From an uncultured delta proteobacterium (GTDB lineage Bacteria > Desulfobacterota > Binatia > Binatales > Binataceae), in NCBI GenBank assembly GCA_963814035.1, contig CAWFBH010000012.1:75806-139805 (forward strand): 64,000 nt of DNA, written 5' to 3'. Below are positions 55,253 through 64,000 of the stretch, piece by piece; position 1 is the first letter of the stretch; each line of letters starts with the position of its first letter. The notes below the pieces were generated by a model, which made no database searches, was not told the DNA's origin, and worked only from the letters and a program-made list of their open reading frames with translations. The position numbers were made by a program, and so were the translations under genes.

Positions 55253-56064
55253 GCGCGGATGCGTCCGGGGATGACGCGCAGACGCGGCCGCGGCTCCTCG
55301 ATGCTCGGGACGTCGCTGTCATCCTCGCGCCGCGACCACTGATAGAAAATCGCGGTGAACACGCACATCAGGTAGGTTCCCTGTCCAACCCACATCAGCA
55401 GGCCGCCGAGGATCTGATCGTCCATCGCGCGCAGTCCGAACGGATGCGGCCCTTCGAGGTACCATGGATACACCACCGAGTACGCGAGCGTGATTGGCGC
55501 AGCGACCGCCGTCATCGGGATCATCAACAGGAAGATGTAAAAAATCTGCAGCGGGTACGATAGGCGCGGCAGCTCCGGCAGCGGGCTCAGGATCGGCCAC
55601 CACATGATGACGCCGCTGACCATAAACGCGAGATGAATCGCGATGTGCACGTTCTCGTCGCGGCACATCAGGTTGAAAATCGGAGGATTGTGCGCCACCA
55701 CGAACACCGCGGTGAAAGTCAGGAACGCGATCACCGGCCGGGTGAAAAATTCCGCGAACGGCCGCACCCACTTGCTCAGCACCCACGGCCGCAGCATCGA
55801 AGCCGGCACCGCGAGCAGCATCAGCGGCGGAATCACGAAGGTCTGGTTGAAATGCTGCAGCATGTGCATCGTGAAGCAGCGCTGCTCCGCCCATTCATCG
55901 ACGGGGCCCAAGGTGAAAATGGTTACCGCGACGGTTACGACGAACCAGAACCAGTGGCGCGAAGTCACCCGATGATTGCCGAACATCGCCGCGCCGACGT
56001 AGATCGCGATCAGCACCGCGATGCCAATTGCAACACTGGGATGCATGTCGCTAATCCAGCTCAT
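55249..56064 (-). CDS. ctaG: cytochrome c oxidase assembly factor CtaG (caa3 type)
   Basis: MHMLQHFNQTFVIPPLMLLAVP motif and 7 TM. Trimmed to Met45, which abuts the subunit IV stop. Confidence 0.75.
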   Translation of the reverse strand: MSWISDMHPSVAIGIAVLIAIYVGAAMFGNHRVTSRHWFWFVVTVAVTIFTLGPVDEWAEQRCFTMHMLQHFNQTFVIPPLMLLAVPASMLRPWVLSKWVRPFAEFFTRPVIAFLTFTAVFVVAHNPPIFNLMCRDENVHIAIHLAFMVSGVIMWWPILSPLPELPRLSYPLQIFYIFLLMIPMTAVAAPITLAYSVVYPWYLEGPHPFGLRAMDDQILGGLLMWVGQGTYLMCVFTAIFYQWSRREDDSDVPSIEEPRPRLRVIPGRIRA

Positions 56065-56066
56065 AA

Positions 56067-56411
56067 TCAAAAATAGTGCAGACCATATCCCGCAGTCACC
56101 AGGTGACGAGACAAATACAGAAACAAGCCGAGGAATGAGAGGAAAACTCCCAGCGCTATGCTTAAGGGGAAAAGGAATTCCACGTTGACCGCCCACTTCT
56201 CGTAGCGCAGATGCATGAAGAACATCGCGATGAGCGCGAATTTCGCGATTGCCAGCACAATCAGTATCGGCACCATCACCGGCCGTAGCGCGTGCAAGTA
56301 CGACACTGTGATCTCCATCGCGGTGAGCACGATGAGAAATCCGCCGACGATGAGGTAGACGGTGTTGCTGACGTGCGCCTCTTCTTTTTCGATGTAGGTG
56401 TCGTCGCTCAT
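56067..56411 (-). CDS. cytochrome c oxidase subunit IV (prokaryotic COX4 family)
   Basis: Three-TM small protein (..KFALIAMFFMHLRYEK..). 4-nt overlap with the upstream subunit I/III gene. Confidence 0.75.
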   Translation of the reverse strand: MSDDTYIEKEEAHVSNTVYLIVGGFLIVLTAMEITVSYLHALRPVMVPILIVLAIAKFALIAMFFMHLRYEKWAVNVEFLFPLSIALGVFLSFLGLFLYLSRHLVTAGYGLHYF

Positions 56412-58880
56412 GCGCCCTTAACCTGCTGCATCAGATAGACCAGGGTAAAAATGATGACCCACACGATGTCCACGAAGTGCCAATAGAGCCCCGCCATCTC
56501 CACCGACAGTGCGCGCGATTTGTCCAGCTTGCCGGTGAATGACGCCACGATCAGCACGCAGATCCAGATGACACCAATGGCGACGTGGGTGCCGTGCGTC
56601 CCAACCAGCGTGTAGAAGCATTGCGAGAACAGGTTGGTCTGGTACGCCATGCCCTTCAGCCAAAAGCCGTAAAATTCGTGGACCTCGACGCCGAGGAAAA
56701 TCATGCCAAAGAATGCACATCCGATGAGCCAGATGCGATTCCACAATTGGTTGCCGCGCTGGATCGCATTGAGCGCGAGCACCATCAGCACGCTCGACAT
56801 CAGCAGGATGAAGGTGCTGAATGAGGTCAGCGGTATTTCCAGGATCTCGGCGCCCGGAGCCCCTTGGCTGCGCGCCTTGTACACCACGTAGGTCGAGATC
56901 AGTGTCGCGAAGAACAGGCACTCCGATCCGATGAATGACCACAGCCCCACTTTGCGAACGTCGGCGCCGGCCGAGCGCGACGCTTCCTCGGTCTCATGCG
57001 TTTCCTGCCCGAAGGTCGGGTACTCGAACGCCATTCCGACGATGCCGAGGAACATCGTGAGTAAGCCGAGCGCGACCAGCCGGTACCACAGCACGATCCA
57101 TCCGAGGCCCATCACAAAAAGGCCCGCCGCGATCACGATCGGAAAGAAGGACGGCGCCGGCATGTGGATGGGTTCGGTCGGCGCCTCCTCGGGCACCGGC
57201 TTGGGAATCTGCCCGGAGGCATACATCGCGACGCCGCGCGATCCCGCGCGTCCATATTTTGTGATCCAGAAAGGATCGCGGCCGCGCACGTTGGGAATGT
57301 TGCCGAAGTTATACGGCGGTGGCGGCGACGTGGTTGCCCATTCGAGGCCGCGTCCATCCCACGGATCGGCGGGCGCGCGCTCGCCATTGATCAGGCTCTT
57401 GATGATGTTGATGTACAACACCAGAAACGCAAGCCCAAAATGAACGCGCAGACCGTCTCGAACTGATTGAGGAACGTCCAGCCCATCTCGGGAGCGTAGG
57501 TGTAGATGCGCCGCGGCATGCCCCACTGCCCAAGGATGTGCATCGGAAAGAAGGTGCCGTTGAAAGCCGATGACGGTGAGCCAGAACTCCAGCTTGCCGA
57601 GGCGCTCGTCGAGCATGCGTCCGGTCATCTTCGGCCACCAGTAATAGAAGCGCGCCGAAAATCGCGAAGGCGACGCCGCCGAACAGCACGTAGTGGAAGT
57701 GCGCGACGATGATGTAGGAATCCGTCTGCTGCAAATCCACTGGAGGGCTGGCGAACATGATTCCGGTCAGCCCGCCGATGGTGAATTCGAGGATGAACGC
57801 GAGCGCGAAATACATCGCGGTGGTCATCCGCAGCGAGCCGCCCCAGACCGTCGCGATCCACGAGAAAATTTTGATGCCGGTCGGTATCGCAATCAGCATC
57901 GAGGTGATCGCGAAGGCGCTGTCCGCCACCGGTCCCATCCCGGTCGCAAACATGTGATGGCCCCACACCCCGTACGACAAAAACGCGATCAGGATGACCG
58001 AGTAAACCATCATCGGGTAGCCGAACAGCGGCTTGCGCGCGAAGGTCGGCAGCATTTCGGAAATTATGCCGAACGCCGGCAGCGCCATGATATAGACCTC
58101 GGGATGGCCGAACAGCCAGAACAGGTGCTGCCACAAAATCGGCGTCGCGCCTTCCATCGCCTGGTAGAAGTGCGCGCCGAAAAAGCGATCGAGGAAGAGG
58201 AAAATCAGACCCACAGTGAGCGCGGGAAAAGCGAGCAGGATGAGGACCACCGTCACCAACATGGTCCATACGAACAGCGGCATCCGCATGTAGGTCATGC
58301 CCGGCGCGCGCATGCATACGATGGTCGCGAGGAAGTTAACCGCCGTCATCACCGTGGCGACGCCCGAAATGATCAGGCCAACATCCCAAAAATCGATGTG
58401 GAGGCCCGGGGTGTACATCCGCTCGGTCAGGTTGGCGTATCCGAACCATCCCGCGTTGGGAAATCCGCCGTTATGCCAGAAGAAACCGAGGTGAAGAAAA
58501 ATTCCGCCGAACAGAAAAATCCAGAAACTCAGCGCATTGAGGCGCGGAAATGCGACGTCGCGCGCGCCAATCATCAGCGGAATCAGAAAATTCGCCAGGA
58601 ATCCGAGCAGCAGCGGCATCACCACCAGGAAGATCATCGTGGTGCCGTGCATCGTGAACAGCTCGTTGTAAAACTCCGCCGAGACGAAATGATTGTCCGG
58701 ATAGAACAGCTGGATACGGATCAGCAACGCCTCGATACCGCCCATCGCCATGAAGGTCAGCGATGCTATCGCATACAGCATCGCGACCTTTTTATGATCG
58801 ACGGTGTTGAACCAGGTGATGAGGCCGCCTTCGAGGTAGTTCGGCTCTTCAATCGGGAGTGCTTTGGGTTGGGCAGCCAT
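56408..58880 (-). pseudogene. ctaD: caa3-type cytochrome c oxidase fused subunit I/III, frameshifted as assembled
   Basis: ORF 57309..58880 has the CoxI motifs WLFGHPEVYIMALPAFG, VWGHHMF and AHFHYVLFGG. ORF 56408..57628 continues with MTGRMLDERLGKLEFW, ..LVLYINIIKSL..DPW..LEW, then a subunit III module (..VEVHEFYGFW..LVGTHGTHVAIG..LYWHFVDIVW). Three indels at about 57650, 57565 and 57430. Confidence 0.9.
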
Positions 58881-58894
58881 GATGGAAACGTCCT

Positions 58895-59908
58895 CTACTT
58901 AAGGCTTTCCAGATATGCGACCAGGTCGCTCAGTTGGTCACCGCCGAGGCCAAAGTCCGGCATCCGCGCGCCCGGCTTCATCTCGTCGGGATGTTCGATC
59001 CATTCGGTCAGTAGCTTCGGATTATTGGCGAGCACGCCCGCCGCGATGGTGGTGCGGCTGGCGAGATGCGTCAGGTCGGGGCCGACATAGCCTTTCGATA
59101 CTCCACTGATAGTGTGGCAGGTGGTGCAGGGACTGTTCGCGAACACCTGCGCGCCGCGGCTCGCGGGAGTTTCTTCCGCGGGAATCACGCCGGGCTCGGC
59201 CTGCGATTTTTCCCACATCGCGAAGTCATCGGGCTTATCGACGAAAATCCGAAAGCGCATGTTGGCATGTGAGACGCCGCAGAACTCCGCGCACTGGCCG
59301 TAATATTCGCCCGGAACCGTCGCGATGAGATCGATCTGATTGACCTGGCCAGGGACCACGTCGCGTTTCCCACCCAGTCGCGGCACCCAGAAGCTGTGAA
59401 TGACGTCATTGGATACGAGGCTCAGATGGATCGGCTGATTCGCGGGGATGTGCAGCTCGTTCGCGGTCACCACCTTAGAGCCGTCGTCATAATGAAATTC
59501 CCACCACCATTGGTGCGCGATGACCGTGATCGGCAATGAGTTGGCAGCGGGGTGGCGCGGCTGGGTGCGGAAAATCAGGCGCACGGTTGGAATCGAGATG
59601 AAGAGAAGAATCAGCGCCGGGCCCAGCGTCCATGCGATCTCGAGTTTCAAATCCGAGCTGACCGAGGTCGGTGGCCCAGCCTCGCCCACCCGGGTCGAAA
59701 AGAAAAATACCGCGAGAGTGAAGGCGACGATCACGATCGCGAAGATCAGAAGATCCCACGCCGTGATCTCCATGAACATGCCGTAGCACCAGTTCGCGAG
59801 GTCCGACTTCGGCGCCATCGTGCTCATCGGATGGCCGGCATCATCACCGCATCCGGCAATCAGCATCGCGAGCATTGGCAGGAAGTATCTGAGCTGACGC
59901 AGCTTCAT
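58895..59908 (-). CDS. ctaC: cytochrome c oxidase subunit II with C-terminal cytochrome c domain
   Basis: ORF trimmed to ATG 59908 (ATGA overlap with the actF stop). Lipobox LIAGC. CuA site HSFWVPRLGGKRD..CAEFCGVSHANM. Heme site CTTCH. Confidence 0.9.
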   Translation of the reverse strand: MKLRQLRYFLPMLAMLIAGCGDDAGHPMSTMAPKSDLANWCYGMFMEITAWDLLIFAIVIVAFTLAVFFFSTRVGEAGPPTSVSSDLKLEIAWTLGPALILLFISIPTVRLIFRTQPRHPAANSLPITVIAHQWWWEFHYDDGSKVVTANELHIPANQPIHLSLVSNDVIHSFWVPRLGGKRDVVPGQVNQIDLIATVPGEYYGQCAEFCGVSHANMRFRIFVDKPDDFAMWEKSQAEPGVIPAEETPASRGAQVFANSPCTTCHTISGVSKGYVGPDLTHLASRTTIAAGVLANNPKLLTEWIEHPDEMKPGARMPDFGLGGDQLSDLVAYLESLK

Positions 59909-61158
59909 TCTTCCGCGGCCTCCAACACCTGGGGCGCCGTCGCGGCTGCGACCGTCAGCTTCATGCCGGGAATCGCGCATAGGCCGAAGATGCCGAGGAA
60001 TCCCAGCGTCACCGCCAACTCGATCCAATTGAACGGGATGTACTTCGGCGTAATCGAAGGGACGACCAGCACATAGCGCTCGATCCACATGCCGATGAGG
60101 CCGAGAAACGCGACCGCGCCGAGGATCGCCGGCGTCTTCTTCGGCTTGACGCCCATCAACACCACAAACGGAATCACCCACACCAGCAGCGGCACGATCC
60201 AGGTCGGGATCATCCACGGCGTGTACAAGGTGAAGCCGGCGGGTCCGTCGATCAGCGCGCCGCGCACCACGAGGAAAAACGTTTCCGCCGGTATGTCCCC
60301 GTACCAAATCACGATGTATTGCGCGAACAGCGTGTAGGCCCAGAACACCGAAAACGCGAAGGTGAACTTGCCGAGATCGTGCAGGATGGTGTCCCGGGTG
60401 AAAAGGTTTCCCGCGCCAAGCCGGCCGCGCAGCAATACCGCCGTCAGAGCCATCGCCACGATACCGCTCCAGAACGCGCCCGCGAAAAAGAACGCGCCGA
60501 AAAGCGTGCTCTTCCACAGCGGCGCCAGCGACATGATCAGGTCGAAGGCGATCAGCGACATCACTGCGGCATAGGTGATGGCGAGCGCCGGCGCGATGCG
60601 GCGAATCGCGGTCGGCGGCATCTCGATGTTGTCATTCGACAGTGCCCACTGGCGGACGTCGACGCGCTGCGAGATGCGGATGAACCACAAATCCAGCGCC
60701 GTCAGGGCGAGCAGACAGAAGCCCTCGCGGCCGAAGAAAAACGGCGTGTTGAGCCAGGTCGGATTCTTCGCGAGCTCCGGTCGCGTCACCCATGGCCAGA
60801 GCTCGGCGCGCCCGAAAAACAGCACCCAGAACAGAACGAACGCGACCGGTATGAACATGTAAAATGATTCCGCGAGCCGATATGCCCCCGGCCCGCCCCA
60901 TCGCGCCTGGGTCAGGTAGAACGCGCCGGAGATCATCACGCCGCCCTGCGCGATGCTGAAGAAAAATAGGAAGTTCACCAGGAATGCCTGCCAAGCATGC
61001 GGTTCCGTCTCGGTCATCACGCCGGCGATGAATCCTGCGACACCGATCAGCGTGAGGATTGCGCACACCGCGACCAGCGCCATCGGCGTGCGGATACCTT
61101 CGGCGCCCGGAATCATCGCGGGAGCTTTCGGCACCGATGCTTTAGAATGAGCGCTCAT
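59905..61158 (-). CDS. actF: alternative complex III subunit ActF (NrfD-like membrane subunit)
   Basis: A ~10-TM NrfD/PsrC-like protein placed after actD in the act operon. Confidence 0.7.
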   Translation of the reverse strand: MSAHSKASVPKAPAMIPGAEGIRTPMALVAVCAILTLIGVAGFIAGVMTETEPHAWQAFLVNFLFFFSIAQGGVMISGAFYLTQARWGGPGAYRLAESFYMFIPVAFVLFWVLFFGRAELWPWVTRPELAKNPTWLNTPFFFGREGFCLLALTALDLWFIRISQRVDVRQWALSNDNIEMPPTAIRRIAPALAITYAAVMSLIAFDLIMSLAPLWKSTLFGAFFFAGAFWSGIVAMALTAVLLRGRLGAGNLFTRDTILHDLGKFTFAFSVFWAYTLFAQYIVIWYGDIPAETFFLVVRGALIDGPAGFTLYTPWMIPTWIVPLLVWVIPFVVLMGVKPKKTPAILGAVAFLGLIGMWIERYVLVVPSITPKYIPFNWIELAVTLGFLGIFGLCAIPGMKLTVAAATAPQVLEAAEE

Positions 61159-61185
61159 TGCGAATCTTTTCTTTTCTTGACCGCC

Positions 61186-61719
61186 TCAGTGCGTGACCAA
61201 TTCGCGCGGACGCGGGTCTTCATGCGCGACGTCTTCGGCGCCTGCTTCGCGCATCAATGTTTCGATTCTTGCGATGTCGGCCTCATCGCAAGCGACCGCG
61301 ATTCCGAAGCGATCGGCGCCGAATCGTTCCGACCACCCGGCAACTGGATCGAAGTGCGGCAGACGCGCGAATACAAAGAAGCTCAGCGCCGCCGACAATC
61401 CGCCGAACAGGATCATCAATTCGAACATGATGATGATGAACGGCGGCAACGACACCACCGGCTTGCCGCCCGCGACGAGGTTCCATTCCCACGAGGTGCC
61501 GACGGTTACCGCGATGCCGGTCAGTACGCCCGCGATGCCGCCGATCAGCACGAATATGCGCACCGGACTGAGGCCGCGCCCGATCGCGTGCAGCAAATGC
61601 TCGCTGGGGATCGGCGAAAAGACGCGGAACGCGATGCCGTCGCGTTTCAACGCTTCGACCGCGTGCACGCATTTTTCTTCGTCGGCGAAAGTGCCGACCA
61701 GTTCGAGTTCGGCGCTCAT
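61186..61719 (-). CDS. actD: alternative complex III subunit ActD (DUF3341)
   Basis: N-terminal soluble domain, then GGKPVVSLPPFIIIMFELMILFGG TM motif. 4-nt overlap with actC. No CxxCH. Confidence 0.75.
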   Translation of the reverse strand: MSAELELVGTFADEEKCVHAVEALKRDGIAFRVFSPIPSEHLLHAIGRGLSPVRIFVLIGGIAGVLTGIAVTVGTSWEWNLVAGGKPVVSLPPFIIIMFELMILFGGLSAALSFFVFARLPHFDPVAGWSERFGADRFGIAVACDEADIARIETLMREAGAEDVAHEDPRPRELVTH

Positions 61720-63092
61720 TTACCGTCCCTTGAAATATCCGGGTAGTAATCGTCGCGCAGCGAGTGCCGCAGCCAGCCAATCCCTTCCTTCAATTCAGTC
61801 ATCGAAATGATCGGCAGGTAGCGGGTGAACAGCGAGAACAGCATCAGGAACCACGCGAAGCTGCCGACGGTGATCATGAATTCGGTGATCGAAATATGAA
61901 AGAAACTCCATTGCGACGGGTTGAAATTGGTCGCCAGCGAGCCCGCGATGATCACGAAACGCTCCAGCCACATTCCGATGTTGACGAAAATGGTGACGAT
62001 GAAGAGTGGGATGGTGCTGCGCCTGATTCGCGGCGAGAACAGGGACAGCGGAAGTACGCAGTTGCCGAACACCATCAGCCAGAACAGCGGCCCCCACGGA
62101 CCGAAGTAGCGCATCTGGAAGGTCACCACCTCGAACTGGTCTTGGCCGTACCAGGTCATGAAGGTTTCGGTGATGTACGAATAGCTGACAATCAGCGAGG
62201 TCAGCAGAATGACCTTCGCGAGGTTATCGAGGTGCCATGGCGTAATGAAGCCTTCCAGATTAAGCAACCAGCGCATCGGGATCAGCAGCGTCAGCACCAT
62301 CGCGACGCCGGAGAGAATCGCGCCCGCAACGAAATAGGGCGCGAAGATCGTGCTATGCCATCCGGGCAACTGCGCCATCGCGAAGTCCCACGACACCACG
62401 CTGTGCACCGAGATGACCAGCGGCGTCGCGAGGCCCGCCAGCAGCAGATACATCATCTGAAAATGACGCCATTGCTCGACCGAGCCATACCATCCAAATG
62501 ACAGCAGCGAGTAGAAGGTCTTGCGCCAGCCCTTCGCCGCGTCGCGTGCGTTCGCGATATCGGGAATCAGCCCCATCAGCAGGAAGGTCGCGCTGATGGT
62601 GAGGTAGGTCGACACCGCGAAGGCGTCCCATACCAGCGGCGAGCGGAAATTCGGCTGCAGGTAGCGCTCGTTCGGGTAGGGCAACAACCAGTAAGCATTC
62701 CATACACGTCCGAGATGGACGAGCGGAAACAGTCCCGCCGTCAGCACGGCGAACAGGGTCATGGTTTCCGCCAGCCGATAGACCGCGGTGCGCCATCGCG
62801 TGCGGAAGAGATAAAGAATCGCGGAGATCAGCGTCCCCGAGTGCGCGATTCCGACCCAGAACACGAAGTTGGTGATGTATACCGCCCACATCGTGGGCTG
62901 CTTCAGGCCGGTGACGCCCAGGCCGGTATAAATCTGACGAGTCCAGCAGAGCGCCGCGATTCCTACCAGCGTCGCGCAGAAACCGATCCAGGCCCAGAAC
63001 AACAGGCCGGGCGGCGACATGATGCGATGCACGCCGCGATCGATATCGGCATAGCTCGGATTGGTGTTGATGGGTTCAATCGCGGCAGCCAC
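61716..63092 (-). CDS. actC: alternative complex III subunit ActC (NrfD-like quinol-interacting membrane subunit)
   Basis: Ten-TM NrfD/polysulfide-reductase-like protein immediately after the Fe-S subunit (1-nt overlap). Confidence 0.8.
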   Translation of the reverse strand: MAAAIEPINTNPSYADIDRGVHRIMSPPGLLFWAWIGFCATLVGIAALCWTRQIYTGLGVTGLKQPTMWAVYITNFVFWVGIAHSGTLISAILYLFRTRWRTAVYRLAETMTLFAVLTAGLFPLVHLGRVWNAYWLLPYPNERYLQPNFRSPLVWDAFAVSTYLTISATFLLMGLIPDIANARDAAKGWRKTFYSLLSFGWYGSVEQWRHFQMMYLLLAGLATPLVISVHSVVSWDFAMAQLPGWHSTIFAPYFVAGAILSGVAMVLTLLIPMRWLLNLEGFITPWHLDNLAKVILLTSLIVSYSYITETFMTWYGQDQFEVVTFQMRYFGPWGPLFWLMVFGNCVLPLSLFSPRIRRSTIPLFIVTIFVNIGMWLERFVIIAGSLATNFNPSQWSFFHISITEFMITVGSFAWFLMLFSLFTRYLPIISMTELKEGIGWLRHSLRDDYYPDISRDGK

Positions 63093-64000
63093 TACGATTT
63101 CTCCCGCTCGTGATAGACGTTGCGCAGATACATGATCGCCGGCTGAGTGTTGAGCGCCTCCAGCGAGCGATAGGCACGATTCTTATTCGCCGCGCGACGC
63201 TTCATCATCTCGCTCTCCGGGTCCTTCAGGTCGCCGAATGAGATCGCTTTGGTGGGGCACGCCTGCGCGCATGCGGTAATGATCTCGCCGTCGCGCACCT
63301 CGCGCTTCTCGAGCTTCGCGTCGATCTCGGCGCTGACGATGCGCTGGATACAAAATGTACATTTTTCCATCACACCCATGCTGCGGGCCGTGACGTCCGG
63401 ATTGAGTTGGAGATGGAACGGCTCCGGCCAGTCCGGATCGAACCAGTTGAAGCGCCGCACCTTATAGGGGCAGTTGTTTTCGCAATAGCGCGTCCCGACG
63501 CATCGGTTGTAAATCTGCCCGTTGAGGCCCTCGTCAGTATGCACCGCGGCGAACACCGGGCAGACCGGCTCGCATGGCGCATGATCGCATTGCTGGCACA
63601 GCATCGGCATCAGGTAGAGCGGCGGCTGCGGTTCTTGATGTGCGGGCTCGGGAAAATAGCGATCCATGCGAATCCACGACATGATGCGGCCATCGTCGAC
63701 CAACTGCTTGCCGACAATCGGCACGTTGTTTTCCGCATAGCAGGCGGCGACGCACGCACTGCATCCGGTGCAGGCGTTGAGGTCGATGGTCATGCCCCAC
63801 ATATGCTTCCGATTGGGCGCATACGATGCGTACATCTCGTACGGCTCGTCGGGCAGTTCCTCTTCGACGTATTTTGGCGCGATGTTATTGGCGAGCTGCT
63901 CGAGACTTACCGCCTCGGCAAAGGTGCGCCCGAGCATGTAGTCAAATCCCGCCGGCGTGACATTCTTCTGAACGTCGCCGGTTGCGCGCGCCGTGACCTC
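63092..64000 (-). CDS. actB: alternative complex III subunit ActB, Fe-S (B2) part; 5' end beyond window
   Basis: Four Cys clusters: CTGCSACVAAC, CQQCDHAPCEPVC, CVGTRYCENNCP, and CTFC..ACAQACP. The reading frame stays open upstream of Met 63937 to the window edge. Confidence 0.8.
   Translation of the reverse strand, partial: EVTARATGDVQKNVTPAGFDYMLGRTFAEAVSLEQLANNIAPKYVEEELPDEPYEMYASYAPNRKHMWGMTIDLNACTGCSACVAACYAENNVPIVGKQLVDDGRIMSWIRMDRYFPEPAHQEPQPPLYLMPMLCQQCDHAPCEPVCPVFAAVHTDEGLNGQIYNRCVGTRYCENNCPYKVRRFNWFDPDWPEPFHLQLNPDVTARSMGVMEKCTFCIQRIVSAEIDAKLEKREVRDGEIITACAQACPTKAISFGDLKDPESEMMKRRAANKNRAYRSLEALNTQPAIMYLRNVYHEREKS

Noticed and set aside
57693-59090. 465-aa plus-strand ORF antisense to coxI/coxII, together with similar long shadow ORFs at 30669..31787(-), 54034..55563(+), 18433..19512(+), 19404..20297(+), 32525..33676(+), 691..1704(-) and 41682-43223 alternative frames.
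   Set aside because: Every one overlaps a well-supported gene on the other strand or in another frame, and its translation is low-complexity Arg/His/Pro/Asp-rich. All are treated as spurious.

Overview
This is a 64-kb, gene-dense, high-GC segment (roughly 60-65% by eye, not computed) from the chromosome of a diderm bacterium. I cannot place the lineage; the gene content is deltaproteobacteria-like. All calls rest on motifs read by eye from the ORF track and the raw sequence; no searches were run.

Contents in order:
(i) An LPS-core cluster at 1.6-5.6 kb (GT9, LPS kinase, GT2, GT4).
(ii) yicC-gmk-relA/spoT-ridA.
(iii) One long minus-strand envelope-biogenesis gene string running from 26.7 kb down to 9.9 kb: lolC/E, lolD, bamA, skp, fabZ, lpxA, lpxI, Gfo/Idh/MocA oxidoreductase, SCO1, CopC, lpxB, msbA, waaA, lpxK, trm112-like, GT87, Kdo-kinase-like. 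Many junctions have overlapping stop and start codons.
(iv) A lower-GC patch with an orphan nucleotidyltransferase-fold gene and an AT-rich intergenic region carrying four TTATAGGAAA boxes, followed by an orphan GspD-type secretin with a ~110-aa Gly/Phe-rich insert.
(v) Housekeeping genes: lpxL-like, IPMDH-family, cyclophilin, PHP, CoA-transferase, ispG, gpsA, dapB and others.
(vi) Two membrane glycosyltransferases associated with two copies of a ~325-bp self-complementary repeat.
(vii) A Zn-ribbon/XRE/ImmA-IrrE module and a Gly-rich secreted protein.
(viii) A minus-strand respiratory cluster: alternative complex III (actB partial at the window edge, actC, actD, actF; no actE seen) running directly into a caa3-type oxidase (subunit II-cyt c, fused subunit I/III, subunit IV, ctaG).

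I recognised no rRNA, tRNA, CRISPR array, transposase, integrase or phage structural genes.

Major caveat: at least 11 small indels break seven conserved genes (GT9, gmk, bamA, lolD, a methyltransferase, gpsA, coxI/III). This looks more like assembly or base-calling error than biology.

Starts that differ from the ORF track, and all motif coordinates, were derived by hand and may be off by a few nt.
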